The notes under the pieces: generated by a model
Seen by the model: only the letters and a program-made list of their open reading frames with translations
What the model was told of the DNA's origin: nothing
Database searches by the model: none
Shown here: positions 14,228-14,337 of the stretch, piece by piece
How the letters are laid out: each line of letters starts with the position of its first letter
Position numbering within the stretch: the first letter of the stretch is position 1
Translations under genes and position numbers: made by a program
Assembly: GCA_043822065.1 (NCBI GenBank)
Contig: JBDRCC010000011.1
Span: 1-14,337, forward strand
Direction: 5' to 3'
DNA: 14,337 nucleotides
Source of the DNA: an archaeon
GTDB taxonomy: Archaea; Undinarchaeota; CAZHTU01; JBDRCC01

Positions 14228-14337
14228 TCAGACGCGTTCACTCAGGATAGCGCAAATCGCCAGAAGGATTATCAGATAAATCACGTTAAACCCGGTTTCA
14301 ACCGCAATCAGGAGGTAGCTTATCCCCAGCGCATAGA
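14228..14337 (-). CDS. C-terminus of a membrane protein (partial, runs off the window)
   Basis: Open hydrophobic frame ...YALGISYLLIAVETGFNVIYLIILLAICAILSERV* with TGA at 14228-14230; not in the ORF track. Confidence 0.65.
   Translation of the reverse strand, partial: YALGISYLLIAVETGFNVIYLIILLAICAILSERV

Noticed and set aside
14310-14316. AGGAGGT Shine-Dalgarno-like motif on the + strand
   Set aside because: No start codon at suitable spacing, and it lies inside the minus-strand membrane-protein frame.

Overview
Gene-dense archaeal-type DNA. TATA boxes lie about 22-30 bp before start codons, implying leaderless mRNAs; a DPANN-like host is only an inference. The left 10 kb is fairly ordinary. 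It holds a MacB/LolD-type ABC exporter operon with a COG1361-like partner and a divergent membrane-anchored wHTH regulator, a His-rich Ni/Co-transporter-like protein, a stomatin/SPFH protein, a 650-aa membrane protein, two stand-alone Lrp/AsnC-like domains and several hypotheticals. The right 4 kb is more AT-rich in part and unusual. (i) A 28-bp Xer dif-like site (AGGGCGCATAA-TACTGA-TTATGCGCCCA, 11775-11802) lies just downstream of a free-standing LAGLIDADG endonuclease gene with its own TATA box. (ii) A family of 20-bp-period quasi-palindromic repeats (core CCAAAA-NN-TTTTGG) occupies nearly every intergenic gap from 10.1 to 12.7 kb and brackets small genes like cassettes. (iii) Two convergent, overlapping wHTH genes follow. 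(iv) A ~575-bp non-coding region carries two further repeat families, with helically phased TTAACAYGT boxes flanking co-oriented (AAT)TGTGAG boxes. Together these may form an undescribed chromosome terminus/segregation or Xer-linked gene-capture locus. No rRNA, tRNA, CRISPR array or transposase was recognised.
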